Positions 31,058 through 40,993 of a stretch of DNA of 64,000 nt are shown piece by piece. A model generated the notes under the pieces. That model was not told the DNA's origin and did no database searches. It worked only from the letters and a program-made list of their open reading frames with translations. Positions within the stretch are counted from its first letter, which is position 1. Each line of letters opens with the position of its first letter. A program made the translations under genes and the position numbers. The DNA comes from an uncultured delta proteobacterium (GTDB lineage: Bacteria > Desulfobacterota > RBG-13-43-22): contig CAWJJC010000022.1 in the NCBI GenBank assembly GCA_963843145.1, forward strand, positions 128,001 to 192,000, given 5' to 3'.

Positions 31058-31186
31058 GGAAGCTCAGCCCCGTACTGGGATCCGGCCATCGCCAGCCAGA
31101 ATGATGACCTGATTAAACCAGATAATAACCTATTTTCACGCTTCCTGGGTACCCGATGCGGATATCGGGATATTATCCAAATTGGA

Positions 31187-31624
31187 TTACCTTTTGCGAA
31201 ACTCCAGATCCCCCAGGGTTGGAAACGCGGTATATGGTTCAACCGCTCCTCCGAGCAGCACCATCCCCTGGGATTCCAGCCAGGCGTGGGCCTTCACCCG
31301 CTTTTCGGTTTCGTCCTTCAATACCCCGATGCGCAGGTCCGTCTGATGTCCATGTCGAGCCAGAAAGGCTTGCCCGGCTATGGCCCGCACCAGGCAGGTG
31401 GCCCGGGGCACATTTCTCCCGGCGGTATCCATTGCCCCGAGCAACCGATTCAGTGGAAATGAAGCCGGTCCTCGTTTGATCGGAGCCCGCTTGATCAGGG
31501 TCAGCATCGTCCGGAAAGGAAGAAGCCACAAACCGCATTTTACTCCCCAGACGAACAGCAATGCTTTTATCAAAAGTCCCTTTTCGGGTAAAGGCAGTTT
31601 TAGAAAATTATGCACCTTTTTCAT
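31187..31624 (-). CDS. Lasso peptide biosynthesis B2 leader peptidase (transglutaminase-like)
   Basis: ATCLVRAIA (catalytic Cys), LRIGV, KAHAWLE (His). Confidence 0.9.
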   Translation of the reverse strand: MKKVHNFLKLPLPEKGLLIKALLFVWGVKCGLWLLPFRTMLTLIKRAPIKRGPASFPLNRLLGAMDTAGRNVPRATCLVRAIAGQAFLARHGHQTDLRIGVLKDETEKRVKAHAWLESQGMVLLGGAVEPYTAFPTLGDLEFRKR

Positions 31625-31910
31625 CGGTACACTCGATCAGGCCGTTGGCCAAAAGGGTCTTCATTAATTCGACTAAATCCCGCTCACATTGATCGGGCTT
31701 CACCTGGTATTCCTCGAGAATTCGATCCCTGAGGCTACTTACTTTAATCGGTTTTTGAATTGAATTCCAGATAAAATTTCCCAGGGAGTTCATTCCATAG
31801 TACATCCCGGCTTTCAGGGCTAGAATAACCGATTCCCCGCCCAAGTCGCACGAGACCTGGTCTTGAACAGCGACTACGGTTTGAGATATGAAGGGATCAT
31901 CCTGCAGCAT
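31608..31910 (-). CDS. PqqD/RRE protein (lasso B1)
   Basis: DQVSCDLGGESVIL, YYGMNSLGNFIW, EEYQV...CERDL...L..NGLI; overlaps the B2 start. Confidence 0.9.
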   Translation of the reverse strand: MLQDDPFISQTVVAVQDQVSCDLGGESVILALKAGMYYGMNSLGNFIWNSIQKPIKVSSLRDRILEEYQVKPDQCERDLVELMKTLLANGLIECTDEKGA

Positions 31911-32119
31911 GGCGACGCTCCATCAAAATGTAACCTTACGTTTTCCAAAATAACCAAATGATTTTTGTATTAAACCCCCATGCCCGCGGGGGCCCCACGA
32001 AGCATGAAAATACCAAATGCTTCACCCCGATACCCCGGCATGTCATCCTGAGCAACGCGAAGCGATTTCGTCTATTTTCGACTTAAGAGGAACGGGCGGA
32101 TGAACTTGTTGTCGAACCC

Positions 32120-32341
32120 TCAGGCTTTGTGCCGGTGAATGATCAGACCGTGGGTGGGGTCATAGAGGGAAACGCCTACCGTCACCCTATCCCCATCGAT
32201 GACTCGTATTTTATAACGCTTCATGGCACCGGACAACTTAGCCGTGATGACGCCTCCATTCTCCAGGGTAATGACGTAGTTTCCCCCTCCCGTGGTTTTG
32301 GTGACGCGACCTTCAACATGGACCAAATCGTCCTTGGACAA
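32120..32341 (-). CDS. infA: Translation initiation factor IF-1
   Basis: MSKDDLVHVEG, LENG, LSGAMKRYKIRVIDGDRVTV, YDPTHGLI. Confidence 0.9.
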   Translation of the reverse strand: MSKDDLVHVEGRVTKTTGGGNYVITLENGGVITAKLSGAMKRYKIRVIDGDRVTVGVSLYDPTHGLIIHRHKA

Positions 32342-32452
32342 TATCCCTTCTCCTTATATACCTTTTTGCCGGACAGAGGAAACAAAAATATCCCTTTCTC
32401 CCCGAGGAGAAATAAAAGGATAAATTTCGATATCGGTTACGAAAGCGGCTGG

Positions 32453-32797
32453 CTAATAGCGGCCGCGGGGTTTGGAAGTCCGTCCTCTTCCGCCGCCTCC
32501 CCCCGGGCGGCCCTGCCCTCCTTTATAGCCGCCGCCATCCTCACGCGGCGTTTGCGGACGGGCTTCGGACACTGTCAGCGCGCGTCCGTCAAATTCTTTC
32601 CCGTTCATCTTTTCAATGGCCTCCGCGGCTTCGGCCTCCGAATTCATTTCCACAAACCCAAAACCCTTGCTGAGCCCGCTGTAGCGATCCGTTATGATTT
32701 TGGCGGATTGCACTGTCCCGAAAGGGGTGAAAAGATCCTTCAGCGATTCGTCCGTGACAGTGAAACGAAGGTTCCCCACATATAATTTATTACCCAT
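32453..32797 (-). CDS. RRM-domain RNA-binding protein with Gly/Arg-rich tail
   Basis: KLYVGNL (RNP2), SKGFGFVEM (RNP1), GRALTVSEARP. Confidence 0.95.
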   Translation of the reverse strand: MGNKLYVGNLRFTVTDESLKDLFTPFGTVQSAKIITDRYSGLSKGFGFVEMNSEAEAAEAIEKMNGKEFDGRALTVSEARPQTPREDGGGYKGGQGRPGGGGGRGRTSKPRGRY

Positions 32798-33151
32798 ACA
32801 CCCTCCTTAAAGCCATAGGTTTCAGTTAAAGAGGTCGTGGGCAGAAGGACCAGGAACTCTTTAAAGGCAGTACTATTTCGATCCATTTATAACAAATTTT
32901 CTTCTCCTAATCCAGTATTATCTTTGAGGCGGCGCCCTTTTAGTGAGTTCTCCCGCCTGCCTATCTGGTCTGGCCGATCTTAAGTTAATCATCCCCATCG
33001 ACTTCCAAGTATATCCAATTCTCCGGCAATCAGCTAGCCGTTTACCGCCCTTCTCTTTTACCTGAATTAAAAGGCGCACCAATTTCCGTAACTCTTCCTT
33101 TCCAGAATACCAAAATTTTGAAAAATTTCCAGCAACTATCTCTCTTTTTCC

Positions 33152-33212
33152 TTGACAAGGCCCCTTTTTCTTATATATTAAACATAAGTGGGGAATTGTG
33201 GGGATTTGTGTT
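33152..33212 (+). promoter_or_regulatory. dcw promoter (TTGACA...TATATT) with MraZ-box GTGGG repeats at 10-bp period
   Basis: TTGACA 33152, TATATT 33174; GTGGG at 33188 and 33198, degenerate GTGTT at 33208. Confidence 0.75.
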
Positions 33213-33243
33213 TTCATTTTCCAAACTAAGGGGAGTTTAAACG

Positions 33244-33684
33244 TTGTTTCGAGGCCGTTCGCTTCATTTGATCGATCAAAAAGGCCGGTTGAATATTCCG
33301 ACCCGCTTTCGCGAGATTTTGAAGGCCAAAGGGGATGGCCGTTTAATCGTCACTAACTGGGAGGATTGTCTGGCCGCCTATCCTTACGAAGAATGGCAGC
33401 GAATCGAAGATAAGATGAGTCAATTGTCTTCCGTGGACCGGGATATTCGATCCTTCAAACGTTTCTTCATTTCCGGGGCCTGCGAATGCAGCCTGGACAG
33501 CCAAAGTCGGATCCTGATTCCACCGGCTTTGCGGGAATTTGCCGGCCTGGAAAAAGAAGTCATAGTGGCCGGTCAGTTGAAATATTTTGAAATTTGGGAC
33601 AAGTTAAAAATCGAGGAAGAGCTAAAAAGGGTCCAAACCAATTTACCGGCATTAGAAAACAAAATTGCCACACTGGGGCTGTAA
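33244..33684 (+). CDS. mraZ: Transcriptional regulator MraZ
   Basis: MFRGR, IDQKGRLNIP, LDSQSRILIP, FEIWD. Confidence 0.95.
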   Translation: MFRGRSLHLIDQKGRLNIPTRFREILKAKGDGRLIVTNWEDCLAAYPYEEWQRIEDKMSQLSSVDRDIRSFKRFFISGACECSLDSQSRILIPPALREFAGLEKEVIVAGQLKYFEIWDKLKIEEELKRVQTNLPALENKIATLGL

Positions 33685-33692
33685 GAAAGACT

Positions 33693-34643
33693 ATCGAAGC
33701 ACGAGTTCATCAACCGGTCTTAGTCAGTGAGGTTCTCGGCTATCTTCCCCGGGGGGAGGGGAAGATTATCGTGGATGGCACCGTAGGCACCGGGGGGCAC
33801 ACCTTGGCCATCTTGCAGCATTTTCCTGAAACCACCCGCGTGCTGGGGTTCGACCGCGATGCTGAAAGCTTAGCTTTCGCCCGGGAGCGTCTGAAACCCT
33901 TTGCTGAGCGAGTGACCCTAGTCCAAGGTGCCTTTGGAGAACTGGCGGGACTCTGTTCCCAGGCAGGGTTCCGTCAGGTGGATGGGATCTTATTGGATCT
34001 GGGTTTTTCCTCTTATCAGTTGGCTGCCACCGGTCGGGGATTCAGTTTTCAGCGGACTGATCCTTTGGATATGCGTCTGGATCAAACCCAGGGCCACACC
34101 GCCCTGGATTGGTTGAACCACCTGGATGAGCGGACCTTGGCCGACCGTTTGTTTGAATATGGGGAGGAGCGCCGTTCCCGCCGGATTGCTCGAGAAATCA
34201 TGGCAACCCGCCGGTTGCGTTCCTTGGAAAATACCCAGGATTTGGTGGAGGCCGTCCTGCGGGCCATCCCACCCCGTTGGCGGGAAAAACGCCTGCACCC
34301 GGCGACCCGTACTTTTCAAGCGCTCCGTATCTTGGTTAACGATGAGCTTAACCAATTGCGTCATTTTCTGGAAAGCTTTGCCCGGCTCCTGGCGACGGGG
34401 GGCCGGGTCTGTTTGATTGCCTACCATTCCCTGGAAGACCGTCTGATCAAGCAGGCCTTTCAATCTTTGGAAAAGGGGTTCAACCCATTTGAAGAATCCG
34501 CCGGCGAGGCTGTCCAATCGTTTCTTCCTTTTCGACGGTTGACCAGAAAACCGGTTACCCCCAGCCGGGAGGAAATAGTAAATAACCCTCGGGCCCGGGG
34601 GGCCAAACTCAGGGTTGGGGAACGATACGAGTTAAACCATTGA
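33693..34643 (+). CDS. rsmH: 16S rRNA m4C1402 methyltransferase (start uncertain; ATC at 33693 is at the expected position)
   Basis: HQPVL, DGTVGTGGH, DLGFSSYQL, PLDMR, HPATRTFQALRI, YHSLEDR, NPRARGAKLR. Confidence 0.93.
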   Translation: MEARVHQPVLVSEVLGYLPRGEGKIIVDGTVGTGGHTLAILQHFPETTRVLGFDRDAESLAFARERLKPFAERVTLVQGAFGELAGLCSQAGFRQVDGILLDLGFSSYQLAATGRGFSFQRTDPLDMRLDQTQGHTALDWLNHLDERTLADRLFEYGEERRSRRIAREIMATRRLRSLENTQDLVEAVLRAIPPRWREKRLHPATRTFQALRILVNDELNQLRHFLESFARLLATGGRVCLIAYHSLEDRLIKQAFQSLEKGFNPFEESAGEAVQSFLPFRRLTRKPVTPSREEIVNNPRARGAKLRVGERYELNH

Positions 34644-34972
34644 AATCCATTCTTAAGCCACAGCCTCATACCCGAAAGAAGCGCACCCAGGAACCCGGAC
34701 GGACCATTCCTTCCGTTTTAAAATATGCCGTCCCGCTGGCTTTCGTTTTGGTGATCGGCCTAATTTTTTATGTCTGGCTTCAAGTTCAAATGGTGGGGTT
34801 GAGTTACGAGATTTCCAAGGCCCAAAACCAAAGAAAGGAACTGGTGGAGACCAATAAGAAACTACGCATCCAATGGGCCAGCCTGAGATCACCGGACCGC
34901 ATTGAACAGATTGCCTTAAATCAATTGGGCCTGCGTCCTCCGGAACGGGGACAAATCGAGATCCTCCCATGA
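34640..34972 (+). CDS. ftsL: Cell division protein FtsL
   Basis: Single TM, coiled coil, LRSPDRIEQIA..LGL; position between rsmH and ftsI. Confidence 0.85.
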   Translation: MKSILKPQPHTRKKRTQEPGRTIPSVLKYAVPLAFVLVIGLIFYVWLQVQMVGLSYEISKAQNQRKELVETNKKLRIQWASLRSPDRIEQIALNQLGLRPPERGQIEILP

Positions 34973-36951
34973 ACGCGCCGGAATTCAAATGGATCCACTT
35001 CCGCCTTTACCTGATTTTGGGACTGGGTTGTTTTTTATTTGTGGTTGTCGTCCTCCGGGCCGGGCAACTGCAGCTTTTAGAGGGCCCTCGGTTGTCGAAA
35101 TATGCCGACCATGAATTTCGCAAACAAATTCCACGAACCCATAAAAGAGGGATTATCTTCGACCGTAATCGCAATGAATTGGCGCTAACGGTAGAGATGG
35201 AATCCATTTTTGTGCATCCGAAAGAGGTGGCCGATCCGGAGCTGGTCGCCCTGCGGCTTGCGCCCGCTTTGGGTCTGGATCGGCGGCGGCTTCTCTCTCA
35301 AATGGCCCAGGGGAGGCCCTTCTTATTTTTGAAAAGACGAGCTACCCCGGATCAGGTTGAGGCGGTACGGGCCCAGGGTTTGCCTGGGGTGGCCTTTACC
35401 AAGGAGGCTCAGCGTTTCTACCCCTATTCGGATCTGGCCTGCCACGTTATCGGCATGGTGGGCTCCGATCCCGACGGACTGGAAGGCATTGAGCGGCAAT
35501 ACAATACCTACCTGAAGAGCCCTTTTCTTTATGAAGCCAGCGTCCGAGACGCCCTGGGGCGTTCCCTCTATCTCAAGGACGTGGAGGCCGTCCAGGAAAA
35601 CGAGGGGCACAGCCTCATCTTGACCCTGGATAAAAATATTCAATATCTGGCGGAAAAAGAGCTGAAAAAAGGAGTGACCAAAGCCCAGGCCAAAGGCGGG
35701 ATGGCCGTTGTCCTCAACCCCAAGACCGGCGAGGTCCTGGCCCTGGCCAATCAGCCCGCCTACAATTTAAATGCCGCCAAGAGTTTCCCGCTACCCAACC
35801 GCCGAAACCAGGTGATCACCGATACCTTTGAGCCGGGCTCCACTTTTAAGACCTTTTTGATGGCGGCCGCCTTAGAGGAGAAAAAATTTAATCCCAACGA
35901 AATGATTTTCTGTGAAAACGGGTCCTATCACGTCGGGTCTCACGTCATTCACGATGCGCACAAACACGGCTGGCTTTCCTTCGCCGATGTCCTCAAGGTT
36001 TCGAGCAATATCGGTGCTACCAAAATCGGCCGGAAGGTGGGTCCGAAGACTTTTTATTCGTACATCAAGAAATTCGGATTCGGCGCTCCCACCCGAATCG
36101 ACCTGCCGGGCGAAGTACCCGGGTTAGTCTGGCCCTATCAACGGTGGGGCGAAATCGAAGCTTCCAATATTTGCTTCGGTCAGGGAATTTCGGTATCGGC
36201 CCTGCAACTGATTACCGCTTTGGGCGCTATTGCCAACGATGGTCGTTTAATGAAACCCTACCTGGTTTCTCAGATCTTGGACCAGAAAGGGCAGCCGGCT
36301 AAAACCTTTAGTCCTCAACCGGTTCGCCAGGTCTTGTCGCCGGAAACCGCCCGCTTGATGCGGCAATTACTCATCAGGGTGACTGAAACGGGGGGAACGG
36401 CACCCCAAGCGGCTATTGAGGGAATTGCCGTGGGGGGCAAAACCGGAACAGCCCAAAAAGTGGCTCCGGAAACCAGGCATTATGCCTCGGGGAAGTTTGT
36501 CTCCACCTTCATGGGTTTTTTGCCGGCGGAGGAACCGGCCCTGGTCATCCTGGTGATTATCGATGAACCGAAAGGGAGTCATTACGGCGGGGTCGTGGCC
36601 GCCCCGGTTTTCAAAGCAATTGCTGAACAGTCTTTGCCGTTGATCGGCATCAAACGCCTAACTCCGGCGGTGCCTGCCGCACCGGCGATTGAACGATCCG
36701 ATCCCACGCCCTGGGTGATGGCCCAGCGGGCTTTGGAGCAGGGGCCCGGCCCGGCGGAGCCCCAGGCCAAGAATCAACTGATGCCCGATTTGCGAGGATT
36801 GAGCCTGCGTAAGGCCGCAGAGGTTTTGAAAAACTATCCACTCGAGCCGATCCTGGAAGGAAGTGGAAAAGCGGTCTCTCAAAGGCCTTTACCGGGGACG
36901 GCGATAACCCAGGGAACCCGCTGTCAGGTGCAATTTCGTCCCTATCTTTAA
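34969..36951 (+). CDS. ftsI: Penicillin-binding protein 3 with C-terminal PASTA domain
   Basis: RGIIFDRN, EPGSTFK (SxxK), SSN, KTGTAQ, MPDLRGLS PASTA. Confidence 0.93.
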   Translation: MNAPEFKWIHFRLYLILGLGCFLFVVVVLRAGQLQLLEGPRLSKYADHEFRKQIPRTHKRGIIFDRNRNELALTVEMESIFVHPKEVADPELVALRLAPALGLDRRRLLSQMAQGRPFLFLKRRATPDQVEAVRAQGLPGVAFTKEAQRFYPYSDLACHVIGMVGSDPDGLEGIERQYNTYLKSPFLYEASVRDALGRSLYLKDVEAVQENEGHSLILTLDKNIQYLAEKELKKGVTKAQAKGGMAVVLNPKTGEVLALANQPAYNLNAAKSFPLPNRRNQVITDTFEPGSTFKTFLMAAALEEKKFNPNEMIFCENGSYHVGSHVIHDAHKHGWLSFADVLKVSSNIGATKIGRKVGPKTFYSYIKKFGFGAPTRIDLPGEVPGLVWPYQRWGEIEASNICFGQGISVSALQLITALGAIANDGRLMKPYLVSQILDQKGQPAKTFSPQPVRQVLSPETARLMRQLLIRVTETGGTAPQAAIEGIAVGGKTGTAQKVAPETRHYASGKFVSTFMGFLPAEEPALVILVIIDEPKGSHYGGVVAAPVFKAIAEQSLPLIGIKRLTPAVPAAPAIERSDPTPWVMAQRALEQGPGPAEPQAKNQLMPDLRGLSLRKAAEVLKNYPLEPILEGSGKAVSQRPLPGTAITQGTRCQVQFRPYL

Positions 36952-36975
36952 GGTCCATTAGCAGAGGTTCCTGAT

Positions 36976-38502
36976 TTGAAATTATTGAAACTCATAAACG
37001 GATTGGCCCAACGATCGGTGCAGGGTCCCCTCGATCTGGAAATCACCGGGATCGCTTATGATTCGCGGAAGGTCGTTCCCGGTGGGCTTTTTGTGGCCGT
37101 TTCCGGGAATCGGCAGGACGGGCATCAGTTTATCGGCCAGGCCCTGGATCGGGGGGCCATAGCCGTGGCGGCCGAGCGGGAGATCCCCCAGGTACCGGCA
37201 GCGATTGCTCGCATCACCGTGCCTGACAGCCGGGAAGCCCTGGCCCGATTCGCCGCCGCCTTTTATGATCACCCGGCCAAAAAACTCCATCTGATCGGGA
37301 TCACCGGGACTAACGGGAAGACTACCACCGCCTATCTGCTGGAATCGATCCTCAAGGCCTCGGGGGTCCGGGTCGGAGTCCTGGGCACCATCGAATACCG
37401 GATCGGGTCCCGAATCTGGCCGGCACCGGTCACTACACCGGAATCTCTGGATTTGCAGTATTACCTTTCCGAGATGGTGGGAGAGGGCGCCACCCACGCG
37501 GTCATGGAGGTCTCCTCCCATGCCCTGGAACAGGGTCGCTGCCGGGGTTTAAACTTTGAAGTGGGGGTTTTTACCAACCTGACCCGGGATCACCTGGATT
37601 ACCATCAAAACATGGAGGCCTATTATCAGGCCAAAGCCAGGCTCTTCTTTCACTACCTGGGCGAAACGGCCATTAATCCGGGGACTCGGGCCATCATCAA
37701 CCGAGATGACCCTTTTGGAGAAAGGCTCTGGTCGGAAGCCGCGGTCCCCAAAAGAGATTACGGGTTGGAGAAGGACACGGCCTATCGCCCCTTAACCGTA
37801 CACACTAGTTTTCAGGGGACTCAGGCCAAAATTCAAACCCCCCGGGGCGTATTTGAAGTGACTTCGCCGTTGATCGGCCGGCATAATGTCTATAACTTTT
37901 TAGCCGCCTGGGCCGCGGGAGAAGCTCTTTATTTGCCGACTGAGCGGCTTCAGGAAGGGATCCGATCTCTGGACAAGGTCCCTGGACGCATGGAACCGGT
38001 GCCCAACTCGAAAGACCTGTCCATTTTGGTGGACTATGCCCATACCCCCGAGGCGTTGCGTTTTGCCCTCACGTCCCTTAAAGAATTGACCCCCAAAAAA
38101 ATTATTACCGTCTTTGGGTGCGGCGGCGACCGCGATGCCACCAAGCGGCCGCACATGGGACAGATTGCCGGCGAATTAAGCCAATTGGCGATTATCACCT
38201 CGGACAATCCCCGGTCGGAGGACCCGCTGAATATCATTGCCGATATTGAAGCCGGGGTCAGGGGAAAAAAAATGCACCGCTATGACTCCGCTGTCCTGGA
38301 GCAAATGCCCAATCAACCCGGATATGTCGTCATTCCTGACCGCCGGCAGGCCATCCAACAGGCGGTTCACTGGGCCGGGACCGGGGAAGTGATTTTGATC
38401 GCCGGCAAGGGCCATGAAAATGTTCAACTGATAGGCGGGCAAACCCTCTCTTTTGATGATCGTCAGGAGGCCCTGAAGGCCACGGAGGCCTCTCGTGTTT
38501 AA
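36976..38502 (+). CDS. murE: UDP-MurNAc-tripeptide synthetase (meso-DAP)
   Basis: GITGTNGKTT, MEVSSH, DHLDYH, DYAHTP, DNPR, AGKGHE. Confidence 0.96.
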   Translation: MKLLKLINGLAQRSVQGPLDLEITGIAYDSRKVVPGGLFVAVSGNRQDGHQFIGQALDRGAIAVAAEREIPQVPAAIARITVPDSREALARFAAAFYDHPAKKLHLIGITGTNGKTTTAYLLESILKASGVRVGVLGTIEYRIGSRIWPAPVTTPESLDLQYYLSEMVGEGATHAVMEVSSHALEQGRCRGLNFEVGVFTNLTRDHLDYHQNMEAYYQAKARLFFHYLGETAINPGTRAIINRDDPFGERLWSEAAVPKRDYGLEKDTAYRPLTVHTSFQGTQAKIQTPRGVFEVTSPLIGRHNVYNFLAAWAAGEALYLPTERLQEGIRSLDKVPGRMEPVPNSKDLSILVDYAHTPEALRFALTSLKELTPKKIITVFGCGGDRDATKRPHMGQIAGELSQLAIITSDNPRSEDPLNIIADIEAGVRGKKMHRYDSAVLEQMPNQPGYVVIPDRRQAIQQAVHWAGTGEVILIAGKGHENVQLIGGQTLSFDDRQEALKATEASRV

Positions 38503-39898
38503 TACCGGTGCCTGGCCCTGGTCCCAGATCCTGCAAAACCTCTCCGGGGGATTGGTCCAGGGGGATTTGGGCTTCCCGGCCTTGGGGGTATCCACGGACA
38601 GCCGGACGATTCAACCCGGTAACCTCTTCGTGGCCCTCTCCGGACCTCATTTCGATGGCCGGACCTTCCTCTCCCAAGCATTTGAACGGGGAGCGGCCGG
38701 TGCCTTGGTTTCCACCCCCTGTACCCGGGATTCGATACCGGTCGATAAGATTATCATCGAGGTTGAAGATACCCTTAAGGCCTTGGGGGACCTGGCCCAT
38801 CTCTGGCGGAAGCGGTTTTCTGTCCCGGTGATCGCGCTCACCGGCAGCAATGGGAAAACCACTACCAAGGAAATGCTGGCCGGCATCCTGGAGCCGACCG
38901 GCGCTACTTTAAAAAATCCGGGTAACTTGAACAACCTGATCGGCTTGCCTCTGACCCTGCTGGGTCTCGGGCCCGAGCACCGGTTTGCGGTTCTGGAGAT
39001 GGGGATGAACCGGTCCGGAGAGATCCGTCGTTTGAGCGCAATCGCCGTTCCCACGGTGGGCTTGATAACGAACATCGGCCCGGCTCACTTGGAAGGGTTA
39101 GGATCCCTGGAGGCCATCGCCCAGGCCAAAGGCGAACTTTTTGAAGCCTTGACCCGGGAAGACTGGGCGGTTATTAATCAGGATGATCCGCGGATCCTGG
39201 AATTGTCTGCCGTCTGTCAAAGCCAAAAAATTACCTTCGGGCTGAACTCCCGGGCCGAAGTCCGGGCCGAAGGAATTCAACCGGCCGGCTCCGGGGTTGT
39301 ATTTTTTCTCTGCTTTCAGGGACAGCGCCGAGAGATCCGGATACCGCTTCCCGGCCGCCACAATGTCAGCAATGCCGTGGCCGCCGCTGCGGTCGCCCTG
39401 GTCCTGGGATTGTCTATCGACCGGATTCAACGAGGACTGGAAGACTTCAGCCCTCCGGTCCATCGGCTTCAAGTGCGACCCGGGCGACGGGGCGCTCATT
39501 TGCTTGACGACAGTTACAACGCCAACCCGGCTTCCGTTCAAGTCGCCTTGAGCACCTTTCAATCCTTGAGGCAGGATCGACGAGGGGGAATGGTGCTGGG
39601 GGACATGCTGGAGTTAGGGGGTTTTTCCCTAACGGCCCACCAGGAAATCGGGACACGGATCGGCGACCTGGGGATTGATTACCTGGTGACCATCGGGCAA
39701 CACACTCCGGCCCTTATGACCGAGGCCCTTAAGGGTGACCGTCCGCCATCCAAGGCGTTTCACTGCAGCTCGCCGACGGAGTTGCTGGAACAGCTCGACC
39801 GGCTAATCCAGGCCGGCGATTGGGTCCTGATCAAAGGATCGCACGGGATGGCCCTGGAGACCATCGTGGCGGCCCTCCAACCCGAGGAGCAGGGATAA
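38495..39898 (+). CDS. murF: UDP-MurNAc-pentapeptide synthetase
   Basis: [39 protein letters not shown]. Confidence 0.95.
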   Translation: MFNTGAWPWSQILQNLSGGLVQGDLGFPALGVSTDSRTIQPGNLFVALSGPHFDGRTFLSQAFERGAAGALVSTPCTRDSIPVDKIIIEVEDTLKALGDLAHLWRKRFSVPVIALTGSNGKTTTKEMLAGILEPTGATLKNPGNLNNLIGLPLTLLGLGPEHRFAVLEMGMNRSGEIRRLSAIAVPTVGLITNIGPAHLEGLGSLEAIAQAKGELFEALTREDWAVINQDDPRILELSAVCQSQKITFGLNSRAEVRAEGIQPAGSGVVFFLCFQGQRREIRIPLPGRHNVSNAVAAAAVALVLGLSIDRIQRGLEDFSPPVHRLQVRPGRRGAHLLDDSYNANPASVQVALSTFQSLRQDRRGGMVLGDMLELGGFSLTAHQEIGTRIGDLGIDYLVTIGQHTPALMTEALKGDRPPSKAFHCSSPTELLEQLDRLIQAGDWVLIKGSHGMALETIVAALQPEEQG

Positions 39899-39903
39899 GG
39901 GCC

Positions 39904-40983
39904 ATGCTCTACCAGCTTCTCTATTCACTCCACACCCAATTTTCCTTCTTCAACGTCTTTCGGTACATCACGTTAAGAACCATCTACGCCACCCTGACGG
40001 CCCTGATAATTACCTTCTTTTTAGGGCCGGTCGTGATCCGTCTGTTGGCTCGGCATCAGATCGGTCAGTACATCCGGGAGGAGGGCCCCCAGTCGCATCT
40101 AAATAAAAAGGGGACCCCTACCATGGGCGGCATCCTGATCCTTTTTGCCGTCACCTTGGCTACCCTGTTCTGGGCGGACCTGACCAACCTGTATATCTGG
40201 TTGGTCCTTTTGGTCACGCTGGGTTTCGGTCTTGTCGGTTTCATAGATGATTACCGGATGCTGATCAAGAAAAGAAACAAGGGGTTGAGCGGACGGAGCA
40301 AAATGTTCCTGCAGATCCTCCTGGCCCTGATCCCGGCCGTAATTTTGGTCCTCCATTTTCAATACAATACGCGCTTGAACATTCCCTTTTTTAAAACCCT
40401 GACTCCGGATCTGGGCTGGGGATATGTCCTGCTGGCCGTTTTCATTATCGTCGGGACCTCCAATGCCGTAAACCTGACCGACGGTCTGGACGGATTGGCT
40501 ATCGGTCCGGCCACCATCGCCTTCGGGACCTACCTGCTTTTTAGCTATTGTACCGGGCACTTGAAGATCGCCAATTACCTTCAGATTCTCTATGTCCCCG
40601 GAGCGGGAGAACTGGCTATTTTTTGCGGAGCCCTGGTCGGCGCCGGCATCGGCTTCCTCTGGTTTAACGCCTACCCGGCCCAGATCTTTATGGGGGATGT
40701 AGGCTCCCTGTCCCTGGGGGCGGCCCTGGGCACCGTATCCGTGGTTACTAAAAACGAGATTGTCCTCATCCTGGTAGGGGGTCTTTTTGTGGTGGAGGCC
40801 CTCTCGGTGATTTTCCAGGTGGGTTATTTCAAGATGACCCATGGCAAGCGGATCTTTCGGATGGCTCCTCTACACCACCACTTTGAGTTGAAGGGCTGGA
40901 GCGAACCGAAAATTATTGTCCGTTTTTGGATCATTGCCGTGATTCTGAGCTTGCTTTCCCTCAGCACGTTAAAATTGCGTTAA
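39904..40983 (+). CDS. mraY: Phospho-N-acetylmuramoyl-pentapeptide transferase
   Basis: [37 protein letters not shown]. Confidence 0.97.
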   Translation: MLYQLLYSLHTQFSFFNVFRYITLRTIYATLTALIITFFLGPVVIRLLARHQIGQYIREEGPQSHLNKKGTPTMGGILILFAVTLATLFWADLTNLYIWLVLLVTLGFGLVGFIDDYRMLIKKRNKGLSGRSKMFLQILLALIPAVILVLHFQYNTRLNIPFFKTLTPDLGWGYVLLAVFIIVGTSNAVNLTDGLDGLAIGPATIAFGTYLLFSYCTGHLKIANYLQILYVPGAGELAIFCGALVGAGIGFLWFNAYPAQIFMGDVGSLSLGAALGTVSVVTKNEIVLILVGGLFVVEALSVIFQVGYFKMTHGKRIFRMAPLHHHFELKGWSEPKIIVRFWIIAVILSLLSLSTLKLR

Positions 40984-40993
40984 GGACGATGCT

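Noticed and set aside
30600-31060. Repeats considered as a CRISPR array
   Set aside because: Only two long coding repeats, no repeat-spacer periodicity and no cas genes.
30850-31242. 130-aa ORF as called by the track
   Set aside because: Only the last 51 codons (TTG 31005 with RBS) are the precursor; the extension crosses a REP hairpin and overlaps B2.
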